Assembly: GCA_020137815.1 (NCBI GenBank) | Contig: CM035361.1 | Coordinates: forward strand, 3,906,001 to 3,970,000 | DNA length: 64,000 bases | Origin: Hormiphora californensis | Taxonomy: Eukaryota; Animalia; Ctenophora | Reading direction: 5' to 3' | Part shown: positions 38,597-57,347 of the stretch, in pieces | Numbering within the stretch: position 1 is the stretch's first letter | Layout: each line of letters starts with the position of its first letter | Notes under the pieces: generated by a model | The model's database searches: none | Told to the model about the DNA's origin: nothing | Seen by the model: the letters and a program-made list of their open reading frames with translations, nothing else | Made by a program: the position numbers and the translations under genes

Positions 38597-39647
38597 AGTC
38601 CCCCAGGAAGATCAAGCAAGTCCCTCCCCTCAGGAAGATCAAGTAAGTCCCCCAGGAAGATCAAGCAAGTCCCCACCCCAGGAAGATCAAGCAAGTCCCT
38701 CCCCTCAGGAAGATCAAGCAAGTCCCCCAGGAAGATCAAGCAAGTCCCCACCCCAGGAAGATCAAGCAAGTCCCCCCAGGAAGATCAAGCAAGTCCCCCA
38801 AGAAGATCAAGCAAGTCCCCCCCAGGAAGATCAAGCAAGTCCCCCCAGGAAGATCAAGCAAGTCCCCCCAGGAAGATCAAACAAGTCACCCAGGAAGATC
38901 AAGCAAGTTCCCCAGGAAGATCAAGCAAGTCCCCCAGGAAGATCAAGCAAGTCCCCCAGGAAGATCAAGCAAGTCCCCCAGGAAGATCAAGCAAGTCTCC
39001 CAGGAAGATCAAGCAAGTCCCCCAGGAAGATCAAGCAAGTCCCCCAGGAAGATCAAGCAAGTCCCCCCCAGGAAGATCAAGCAAGTCCCCCAGGAAGATC
39101 AAGCATGTCCCCCCAGGAAGATCAAGCATGTCCCCAGGAAGATCAAGCAAGTCCCCCCAGGAAGATCAAGCAAGTCCCCCCCAGGAAGATCAAGCAAGTC
39201 CCCCAGGAAGATCAAGCAAGTCCCCCCAGGAAGATCAAGCAAGTCCCCCCCAGGAAGATCAAGCAAGTCCCCCAGGAAGATCAAGCAAGTCCCCCAGGAA
39301 GATCAAGCAAGTCCCCCAGGAAGATCAAGCAAGTCCCCCAGGAAGATCAAGCATGTCCCCAGGAAGATCAAGCAAGTCCCCCCAGGAAGATCAAGCAAGT
39401 CCCCCCAGGAAGATCTAGCATTCTAGCAAGTCCCCCAGGAAGATCAAGCAAGCTCCCCAGGAAGATCAAGCAAGCTCCCCAGGAAGATCAAGCAAGTCCC
39501 CCAGGAAGATCAAGCAAGTCCCCCAGGAAGATCAAGCAAGTCCCTCCAGGAAGATCAAGCAAGTCCCCCAGGAAGATCAAGCAAGTCCCCCAGGAAGATC
39601 AAGCAAGTCCACCAGGAAGATCAAGCAAGTCCCCGAGGAAGATCAAG
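38597..39647. repeat. ~22-24-bp minisatellite (ccccaggaagatcaagcaagtc)n
   Basis: About 45 copies, varying in C-run length; source of the spurious 452-aa ORF. Confidence 0.93.
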
Positions 39648-39655
39648 CTTATTAA

Positions 39656-39794
39656 CCCTCGCGGCGCCTGCCACACTTATTTTCATTGGGTTGTCAGTAT
39701 TTTGCAACCTGCTGCGCACCTGAATCTGCGGTCCGCGACAGCTTGTAAAAATGCTAACAACCCAATCAAAACACGTTCGACGGCGCCGCGCGGG
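39656..39794. mobile_element. piggyBac-like MITE
   Basis: ttaa|ccctcgcggcgcc...ggcgccgcgcggg|ttaa. Confidence 0.8.
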
Positions 39795-40973
39795 TTAAAT
39801 ACCACTGGGAGTACTTTTGGTTAACGTACCCGGGTACTTTTTGTGAGTAGGTTCCTTATAGTGCAAAAACACTCCCCCGAAAATGTCCGGCAAATCGAGG
39901 TGTAGATGTACCACTTTCACCATTAACAAATTGAAACAGCGGTGATTTACTAGCGGGTAAATAAATGGGAGTACAGTAATTGAACAGTTTCACAGTTCAC
40001 TTCTTCGAGCTTCTTCTTCCCAGTTTGGAATATATCAGAAAAAATATCAATATCCTCCTCTTCAGCTTTGAGTTGTTGAGTAATGGGTGGGAACTCAACA
40101 AGTTTTGAGGGATTCACATTACATGTATCGCTCACTACTGCGGACAATGTCTCAATAAGAATCACAGGAAAAAACTAACATATAACCGCTTCTGTGAATC
40201 AGACTAGAAAGGACCTCGCAAAAATCCGCCTATAAAGTAACTTATTTTAAAGCGAAATGACATTTTTGCAGTCCACGCGATTCTTCACATATCGCCAATA
40301 CTGCATGCACTATTGTCTCTACAAAAGTTTCAAGGAAAAACTATCATAGGTGAGTGGGTTGGGATCCAACTTAATCTTTGCTGGTCCAACTAAAAGATTA
40401 CCTAAAGATGAATAGTGTATTAAAGCTAAATCCATTTTAAACAGAAAACCTGAACTAATTAACTAGTCCTTTTAGTCAATTCACATCATTGCATCGTTGT
40501 GATTTTCAAAGTTTTGAAGCGGCATCTGTGGGGCGTGTTGGTATTTTTCCGGGAATCTTCTATGTTCTTTGGGGTCCAAATATCATCTCGATTTAAATGG
40601 AGGTGGCTAAAGGGCCGTTAAAATCGGGGTGATGTAATAATACCTACGTTCTTAATGGGTTTGTAATAACAAGTTTAGTAAGACGTACATATAATTACTA
40701 TCTGTCATTCAAATATTGGTTTTTGTATTCCGTTGTCAGCAGACTTACATTGCTGCATTACGTGGACTGTTGATCCGCTGTCAGCATGTGCTTGTCAGCG
40801 GATAACTTCACGAAATTACGTTTTACTGTTACACTATATAATGATATATGTCACGTGTCATTTAGAGATTAATAATCATATATCCAATTCATCAGGTTTC
40901 ATTTCAATCACTGGTACAAAAACCAAACACTCAGACAGACTGATCAACAAACAAATATCTGCAGATAATTAAC

Positions 40974-41083
40974 CAGGAACCGACCGAAACAAGTAAACAA
41001 CCAATCAGAACTAGGTTATTTAGGTCGCGTGACTGGTTATCAGCCAACCAGGGACCAGTATTTCCTGATTCAGTCGGTTCTTG
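40974..41083. mobile_element. 110-bp hAT-like MITE, caggaaccgaccg family
   Basis: 8-bp TSD taattaac; inverse-oriented sister copy at 44448-44556. Confidence 0.85.
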
Positions 41084-41095
41084 TAATTAACCTAC

Positions 41096-47804
<6,709 letters not shown>

Positions 47805-48056
47805 CCTAACTATTATAACAGGGGGGGGGGGGGGTTATATAATCAACAAACCGACATCCTAACTATTATAACAGGGGGTGGGGGGTTATATAATCAACAA
47901 ACCGACATCCTAACTAGGGTTTGTAAGTGAAGTTACATGATTCGACATAACACGAGGTAAAGAGGAGCTGAGGGGATATAATTTACAGGGTTCTGAATCA
48001 AATACAGGGTTCTCCGTGCGCCTGGTATCACCGGGGCTGAGTGTTCTGTTCATCAG

Positions 48057-48117
<61 letters not shown>

Positions 48118-48480
48118 CAGGTTGTATGCGCGCCACTGTTTGAAAGTAGCGGGAGTCGCGCGCGAATCTTTCTCTGGGGCTTATGTGAGGGATTGGGCGG
48201 TCGCGCGTTACTGTAGCCAGTTACTCACACTCACACATAACTGCTATGTGTTACACTCACTGTAACTGACTCTGAGAGAGAGAGGGAGTGAATGTCACTT
48301 ACCAGTTCCAGCTATCAGGCACATAATATCATAATACCGCTAATAATACAACATTGCTAGACAGGGAATATCGGTTAGATTAGATGAGGGGCGGGGGTTA
48401 GAAATGTGTAAAAAGGAGTGGGGACGGGGTTGGGGTTGTTCTAACCCTCCCTTTGTGAATCGGGGGCGGGGCGCCCGAAA

Positions 48481-49181
48481 GGGGGGGTTCCCATGGTATA
48501 CTTTGGTATACTTTGGTATACTTTGGCATATGGAAAATTCCAAAAAAATATGTGGAAGGTACCAAAGTATACCAAAGTATACCATATCTTTTTAATAGCT
48601 TTACGTACTTAAAGTGTTAATTTACAATAATTAAGGCTTTAAAACAGTTTGTATAAACTTTCTTAACTCATAAACTTGAGGTTAACTAGGCTAAATTGGC
48701 TAATTTCATAGAATCGAGGAAACTTATTTTGCCTATGAAATGATGAGTCACAAAACTGGGGTTTGACACATTGGGACTCATTTGAGTGCGATAAAAAACT
48801 TTTTAAAAAGTCAAGAAAAAGTTCAAATAGTATTTGGTAAAGTCTCTAAAAATTTTTCAAAAATTGCCTCAACCGGGAATTGAACCCCTAGCCACTGAGT
48901 GGCCAGCCTTGAGCACTAGCCGGGTGATGTAACATACGTAAAAATCAGTTTAATAAGCTTTATATTACCAATTTCGAACGAAATAAGGATGTAGTTTTAC
49001 AAATTTAGTCAATTATTTTATCTTATCGCTTAAATTTTACATTTTTCAAAATTTTTATGGTATACTTTGGTATACCTTGGTATATTTTGGTATACTTTGG
49101 TATACTTTGGTATATGGAAAATCGCTGAAAAAGTTGTGGAAAGTGCCAAAGTATACCAAAGTATACCATGGGAACCCCCCC
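48481..49181. mobile_element. Non-autonomous element with 8-9-bp TSD, Mutator-like
   Basis: gggggggttcccatggtatactttggtatac / gtataccaaagtataccatgggaaccccccc, flanked by (c)gcccgaaa on both sides; subterminal ggtatacttt repeats. Confidence 0.83.
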
Positions 49182-49677
49182 GCCCGAAACACAGTCTAGC
49201 CAGGCAAGGTTGGGGTTGTTCTCTTTTCTATTTGTTTGCCGTCCAGGGTGCGGTAAAACAGGATAGAGGCAAGGTTGGAATGGCTGGAGGGGTAGTGGTG
49301 GGACTATTGGACCGGCCTGGTGGTAGGGGGCCTGGTGGTAGGGGGATATTTGCCTTGTTCGACCCTCCTTTGAACTAAACAAGGGGATATATAGGAAACA
49401 AGCTTCAATAACAATAAGTACAAAATTGTTTCAAACGAAAACTGCAACAAAATAAGGTTTTTAAAAATGGGTTAATTAATAAACAAAAAACAAGTAATCA
49501 ATTATAAACTCGCAACTGCTTTTAAAATAAACTAATAAAATCTTTTAAAACATATTATTAAAAACCGTACAGTAACAGTACTATCTTGAAATAAATTGTG
49601 TACCCTCATGCTGTAATAATAAACTAATTAATTACAGTTTAGTTACAAATTACAAACTAATTAATTACAGTTACAAA

Positions 49678-52600
49678 TTACAAGTAGAAACTATCAGCGG
49701 GTTCCATCTTGACAGAGTGACCGAAAGGTTGAAACCTCCCCTCCACACCAGCTGTAGCACTCTCTTCATTCTCACCTCCACTACCCTCCTCAGGGGTCTC
49801 CTCCTGGTCCTGCTCCTGGTCCCATAGCTCACCAACCATTCCCTCAATATTAACAACACTCGATCGTTTCTCCACCTCTTCCCTCCACAGACACACCTGA
49901 AGGAATAATATGTAGTGACAGAACAATGTACAGTCGGACCCCGATTTAGTGGCACCCCGATTCAGTGGCACCCCGATTTAGTGGCAGGATTTTTTCCCCC
50001 GATATAGGAAGTTAACATTATTTGACCCCACGCCGATTTAGTGGACACCCCGATTTAGTGGACAAAACCCTCTCCCCCGAGGATGTCACTAAATCGGGGT
50101 CCGACTGTAGTGACAGAACAATGTACATACTTTTTATGTTCTAACCCTCCCCCCTTTACATTTGTAAAGCGCCCGAAACACACCCTAGCTTGGCAAGTAC
50201 AACATACCTGGTGACCCAGACTGAATGTCTCGTGATGTGAAGCACTAGAGAGAAGAGCTCTCCATCTGGCCCTCACTAGTGGTTCGTGAATTCTGTATTT
50301 TCCTCGCCCCAGATCTCCCCTGTAGTGCTGGCATAGTTCACATATCAACATTCGGAAACCAGTTTGTGTGTCTCTTCTTATAACCTGGGGGGGGGGGGGG
50401 TAATTGGGTGTCTCTTCTTATTACCTGGGGAGGAGGGTTAATTGGGTGTCTCTTTTTATTACCTGGGGGAGGGGGTTAATTGGGTGTCTCTTTTTATTAC
50501 CTGGGGGGGAGGGGGTTAATTGGGTGTCTCTTTTTATTACCTGGGGAGGAGGTTAATTGGGTGTCTCTTTTTATTACCTGGGGAGGAGGTTAATTGGGTG
50601 TCTCTTTTTATTACCTGGAGAGAGGGGGTTAATTGGGTGTCTCTTTTTATTACCTGGGGAGGGGGGGGGGGGTTAATTGGGTATCTCTTTTATTACTGGA
50701 GGGTTATTGGTTCTCTTTATTCAACCGGGTTAACTCCTGTCTCTTCTTTTTCCTGGGAGGTCCTCCTCGGGGTCTCCTCTCTCTTCCTGGGGCGTCAATG
50801 TTCCACCATTCTTCATATTATAACACTGATGGGTTTTTTTCCTCTTCCTATCCAACACACTGGGGAAGTTAATGTCTTTTTATTACACGGAGGAGTTACA
50901 ATTATGGTTCTACCCTCCATGTTTAACCTGGATTAAAGAGGAAACCATTTTTCGGAGGTATTAATTTTTCAATTTAAGAACTGGAGGTTTGCGATGTCTA
51001 TGTTTAGCTTTTACTGGGTTTAATTGTAAGTCGCCCTTAACCAGGTGGCAGGGTAATACTGGTGACCCAACTAACGTTCGTGGTGGGAGCCTAGAGAGAG
51101 GAGGTCAATTGGGCTCTTTATTCACTGGAGGGTTATCGTGATTCTTTTTTACCTGAGGGCAAGATCTCCTCTTTTAGTCCTGGACAGGGTTCACATATCA
51201 CATTTCGTAATTACCAGTTATGGGTGTCTCTTTTTATTACCTGGGGAGGGGGGGGGGGTTAATTGGGCGTCTCTTTTTATTACCTGGGGAGGGGGTTAAT
51301 TGGGTGTCTCTTTTTATTACCTGAGGAGGGGGGTTAATTGGGTGTCTCTTTTTATTACCTGGGGAGGGGGGGTTAATTGGGTGTCTCTTTTTTATTACCT
51401 GGGGAGGGGGTTAATTGGGTGTCTCTTTTTATTACCTGGGGAGGGGGGGGGGGTTAATTGGGCGTCTCTTTTTATTACCAGGGGAGGGGGGTTAATTGGG
51501 TGTCTCTTTTCATTACCTGGGGAGGGGGGGGGGTAATTGGGTATATTACTTAAAAGCATGATGGGGGGTCGGTCCGACCTAATGTTTTTGTTAAATTCTT
51601 ACCCAGTTGTGAGGGTGTTCCAAGTTAGTCAGTTCATCAAGATCACTACATCTTAGTAATCGGTAGGGGTTGAATGTGAAGGAGGGGGGCATCTCGGTGG
51701 ATATCTTACTGACCCTATCTACTAAACCCTTCACTATCTTCTCCAATTGTGTCACCCTCCTCTCCAGAGAACTAATTCCCAAGTATTTCACCCTTTTCTC
51801 CAGAGAACTCGTGTCGCCCAGGGAGGAAGATACTGGTTTTTTGGTTTTGTAAGTTTTCTGGTATGAAGGACGGGCAAGGGCCCGTTTTTGTAGACGTTCT
51901 GAGCGGCGGCGTGTGGAAGTTGTTGATGACGTGGGAGAATGGGATAGTTTGAGATGTTGGGTGGTTGGGGACGGGTCTGAAACAACTAGGGATGGGTCTG
52001 AAACATCTAGGGATGGATCTGAAACATCTAGGGATTCATTCGATGAAGAATATTGCGATGTTGTGCCAGGAGATGTGGATGCCCCGCCAGGAGATGTGGG
52101 AGAAAACTCAATCTCTCCACCCAAATGACCTGGTTTTAGAGAGGGATGTTTGGGTTGTAAACTCTGTTTAAAAGGGGATTCCTTTTGATTTATCCTTTTG
52201 TTTTCTATGACTATCCTGTCCTTTTGTTTCATCCTGTCCAATGATCGGTCAAGATAACTATCGAGGGACAAAGTTGGACTGTTGCCTGACCCAACAAGAA
52301 CTCCTTCTAATGACCGGGCACTCCCTTCCCTAGTTAAAGTAACAAACTCTCCTTCTAGCGAGCCGAGTTCAGGAGCGGACTGAGACCCGCACTGAGCACT
52401 TCCACTTGTTGATGTCGCCTGGCCACCTTGTTCGACAGCAATTCTTCTTAAAATACTGTCAAAAGCTATTATCTGTTCTATCTGTTTAGACGTCATTTCA
52501 TTACACCCCTTACTTTCCTCATTACCCTCCTGAGTGCTAACTTCTTGTTGACGCGGGTCAGCGTCCACTGATTTGTCACCATCACGTCCCTCTTTAGAAC

Positions 52601-52772
52601 ATGTTTCTTGGGCGGTTTCAGTGAGCATGTTGTATAGCTGGGTAGTTTTGGGAGGTATACTAGATGATCCTGCTGTGTCAGAAAGGAATGTAGTTGATGG
52701 TGAGAGATCTACTGTGTCAGGAAGAGTCGTCCCTTTTTCAGACATAAACCCCGAATCTTCTTGACTGGTCAT
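49678..52772 (-). CDS. Uncharacterised ~521-aa protein: S/T-rich disordered region, short coiled coil, C-terminal CxxC...H...H zinc-finger-like motif
   Basis: Exons 52772-51603, 50384-50208, 49896-49678 join in phase 0: ...HPHNW|VIRRDTQTGFRMLICELCQHY...HHETFSLGHQ|VCLWREE...VKMEPADSFYL*. An acceptor at 52782 precedes the ATG. Confidence 0.75.
49931..50107. mobile_element. Tc1/mariner (pogo-like) MITE, cagtcggacc family
   Basis: cagtcggaccccgatttagtg...cactaaatcggggtccgactg; both flanks carry tagtgacagaacaatgta. Confidence 0.87.
50385..51545 (-). repeat. Two arrays (50385-50700, 51220-51545) of a ~38-bp acceptor-junction repeat, flanking a decayed copy of exons 2-3
   Basis: Minus-strand unit aattaacccccctccccag|gtaataaaaagagacaccc versus the true junction ccccag|gttataagaagagacacac. 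Confidence 0.85.
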
Positions 52773-53557
52773 TGTCACTACCTGATCAGGGGGAACATTA
52801 TCTTAAAGTAGGAACCGGCGAAAATATCGAATCGAATCAAGTAGATTTTGAGCTCGAAAAAATTTCCATCGTCAAAATTTGAGTAAATCAGTCCCAGTGT
52901 AACGGTATACAGATCTAGCATACTCATCATCCGCGATTTTAGTGGGATATGCCAATACCTCCATTCCTAGCAGGGAGACGGGCGCGATTATAATCTGGGT
53001 GCCTTGCAGCCTGTTTACAGGTGTGCGCTACCAAGAATACACTTAGACCGATTGTTTTCAAACGGTTATAGCCACGCAACCACATAGCCAATTTGAGTAA
53101 ACTAAACGGTAACTGATAGAGAATATATAGCCCTAACCTATAACCCCAAACCAAACCCTAACGGATAACCCTAACCCGTCGCGCGCGCTAAAACTACGAA
53201 TTGTTAGCAATGAAAGGCACCCAGATTTTAACGTTTTCCGCTCCAGAGGCATTTCGTCGATTTAGAAAAATTGAGAGAAACACAACTGTGCGTCGATTTT
53301 GAAAAATTCACAAAACGCGATCGAGGAATTTTGTTAAAATTTTAACTTTAACACCGCGCGCGCGAACAGAAATTCGCGCGCCACATTATGCAGTGAATTT
53401 AATTTTAATCCGCCTAGTCAGGAAGCAAAATAGGGCGCGGTCAAATAAAAGAAGGGATGGTCGCACCGCCCTAAAATCGGGTTGGTAACAACCAGTACCA
53501 TCAATTTCAGGAGTTGCTATGATCATTTTGAAGTGGGCAAAACCAGCCAATCAAGAG

Positions 53558-53933
53558 TCCACTGCACTGCTAGTCCACTAGGGCTAATCCACTGCTAGTC
53601 CACTACCTGTATGGCGGGCGGCGGCGCCAGACAGTCCACTACTAGTCTACTAGGGCTAGTCCACTAGGGCTAGTCCACTGCTAGTCCACTAGGGCTAGTC
53701 CACTGCTAGTCCACTGCTAGTCCACTGACCACTGCACTGCTAGTCCACCAGGGCTAGCCCACTGCTAATCCACTGCTAAATGATGCAATACCACAGCGAG
53801 ATGTTGCCCAAACTAGGGCTAGTCCACTGCTAGTCCACTAGGGCTAGTCCACTGCTAGGGCTAGTCCACTAGGGTTAGTCCACTGCTAGTCCACTATACT
53901 GCTAGTCCACTGCACTAGGGCTAGTCCACTGCT
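53558..53933. repeat. Short-unit satellite (ctagtccactg / ctagtccactaggg)n with a 28-bp micro-MITE at 53607-53634
   Basis: Seen directly; the insert is flanked by tccactac. Confidence 0.85.
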
Positions 53934-53964
53934 AAAGTGAAACCCAAACAACAAAAGCCCTGCT

Positions 53965-54465
53965 GCGCGCGACCCCGAAAAGCACATCCATACCTACAAG
54001 TTTTTTTGGGGTCGCGCGTGTTTTCAAAACTTTTCAAACTTTTCAAATTTCATTTTCCGCTTTTTCCAACTTTCTTTTGTCACTTTTCAGTCTTGATGGA
54101 AGTCTTTTGAGGCTGCATTTTCTGCTGAAAATGAATCCTTCTTTTGCAATTATCTTGCTTTCAGATCCTTTTGCGGTAAAAGCTGTGTTCAAGGGTCAAA
54201 TACCCAAACAGTGCGACAAAAGAGGGACAAAAGGTGGTTATTTGACTCTTGGACACACAGCTTTTAGCGCAAAAACATTTGAAAGCAAGATAATGACAAA
54301 ATAAGGACTCATTCCCAGCACTGGGCTAGCAGAAAACGTAGCTTTAAATGGTGTCTATCAAAACCATAAGACAAAACACAATTAGAAAGTTAAAAGTACT
54401 GAAGTTTGTGAAGTTTTGAAAGCACAAGCGATACCTAATAAGTTAAGGTGTTGGGATGCTTTCGG
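53965..54465. mobile_element. Old degenerate palindromic MITE
   Basis: attatcttgctttca / tgaaagcaagataat and aaaagctgtgttcaagggtcaaata / tatttgactcttggacacacagctttt mirror each other around ~54222. Confidence 0.6.
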
Positions 54466-55172
54466 ATCAATAAATTACCGAATTCTTTAGCGTTTAGTAA
54501 CACCCTTCTCTTCAGATTATCGCAACCTGAACCAGGGAAAATCTTTTCATAAAGATGAATTAACTGAAGGGTTCCGCTGTTCTGACTCAGTCAAGGGAGA
54601 CGATGCAAGTGAATCAAATCATCAAGATCAGGTATGGCTGGGGTGATCATACCAATATATGCCCCTCTCGACGTATCACTGAGTGCCCTTCGATGTGTAC
54701 GCACCTGTATCTCTCTACAGGATTTACATAGGTCAGTTCTCTAAGAGACGAGAGGTCATAATCAGATGAACCAAGAGCCTGAGAGAGTTCAAAGAGTACA
54801 TGATAGAAGGGAGAGATAAGAGTGAGAATAAGGAGTAGGGCCCACGAAGAGAGATAGAGAGAGAGTAGAGAGAGTAGGACGTATAAACTGGGGAAGATAA
54901 AAGAATAGTGAGATGAGAGACAGAGAGATAGGAGAAGAGCGGAGAATGAGAGGGAGAGAGAGAGGTTAGAGAAAGGAGAGAGAGAGAGAGATAGTATACT
55001 TTAAGACATGAAGCCATGAGATGAGGTAGAGCAGAATCGACGAGAGACCGTGTCTGAGAGATACATCGGGCGACTATAGTCGTCTCTCGTCTCTATGTCT
55101 CTCCTACGTCTCTCAATTCTTCCTAGCTCCATCTCTCTCTCTCCCTTCGTGATCTATACCTCGTCTACCTAA

Positions 55173-55219
<47 letters not shown>

Positions 55220-55444
55220 GCGTAACCAAACTACGTATTGACCCACCTCTGGATCTCTACTAAGCAACATGTGGACCCCTTCCAACCCACTCCTGAGTCC
55301 TTTTCCCTCAGCTTCCTTCTAACCCACCTCTCGTACCCCTTCTAACCCACCTAACAGACCCCTTATAACCCGCCTTTGAACCCCCTCTAACCCAGACCAC
55401 CTCAATAGTTTATCAAATGTATTAATAACACAATACTCTCTCAG

Positions 55445-55578
55445 ATTCCGTTCCGGGAACCAAATTACTGGGCTAAGATAACCTACTATGAGCTAAACAC
55501 TCGAGTAGGGGAACCGTTCACAGCAGCTTCTCATCAGTCATCACCGGCAGATCTTTATTGATGGATTCACAGACCCTG
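55445..55578 (+). pseudogene. SMAD: Smad MH2-domain first exon with a +7 frameshift; flanking exons (~54517-54631, ~56935-57012, ~57194-57347, ~60914-61070) not resolved
   Basis: AG|[29 protein letters not shown]-[+7][13 protein letters not shown]|GTAAGT matches the R-Smad MH2 start (EPxxWCSIxYYELNxRVGExF...VDGFTDP). Confidence 0.82.
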
Positions 55579-55587
55579 GTAAGTGGA

Positions 55588-56590
<1,003 letters not shown>

Positions 56591-56594
56591 AATG

Positions 56595-56971
56595 TGCAGA
56601 GATCTAACCCCATCATTCCCCAGGTGTATCATGTACAGAGATCTAACCCCATCATCCCCCCGGTGTATCATGTACAGAGATCTAACCCCATCATCTCCCA
56701 GGTGTATCATGTACAGAGATCTAACCCCATCATTCCCCAGGTGTATCATGTACAGAGATCTAACCCCATCATTCCCCAGGTGTATCATGTACAGAGATCT
56801 AACCCCATCATCCCCCAGGTGTATTATGTACAGAGATCTAACCCCATCATCCCCCAGGTGTATCATGTACAGAGATCTAACCCCATCATCCCCCGGTGTA
56901 TCATGTACAGAGATCTAACCCCATCATCCCCCAGGTGTATCATGTACAGAGATCTAACCCCATCATCCCCC
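56595..56971. repeat. 39-bp minisatellite (ccccaggtgtatcatgtacagagatctaaccccatcatc)n
   Basis: About 10 copies, each containing an acceptor-like ccccag|gt. Confidence 0.9.
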
Positions 56972-57347
56972 TTGAGGAACTGCGGACTCATTAATGCGTT
57001 TTCAATTTAACGGTGAGTTTAAGTTGCTGCACAAATTAATCATTCCAGCCATTATACAGTCAACACAGGACATCATGAACACTTTTATTAGTTTCAATCA
57101 TTAGACGGATGCTTGTTTCTTTTCTATAGTGGTTTCATCCCTGTATACATAGTTCCCCCATCCGTCTCTATTGCCACACGTCACTTTTTCAGGTGTTTAC
57201 CCAAAGAATGGAAAGAATATAATGATACCAAATTTAAACGGAAGAACTGTCAATGCCTCTATTGATAAAATGGCTCGAAAGGAGGAAGGATATATGAAAC
57301 AGACCAAAGGCCAAAGAATCAAGACGATGAAGACAATCAATTGCAAG

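Noticed and set aside
38466-39824. 452-aa ORF and overlapping ORFs
   Set aside because: Translation of a MITE end plus a stop-free minisatellite.
39950-40165. 71-aa ORF as the missing last kinesin exon
   Set aside because: No resemblance to the expected GNSKTLM/SLRFA segment.
48865-48928. tRNA-like segment on the minus strand with a B-box (ggttcaattcc)
   Set aside because: No convincing cloverleaf or A-box; at most a SINE/tRNA remnant inside a transposon.
54517-55140. Possible Smad MH1/linker exons
   Set aside because: Only faint motif echoes across shifting frames in noisy-looking sequence; cannot be supported without alignment.
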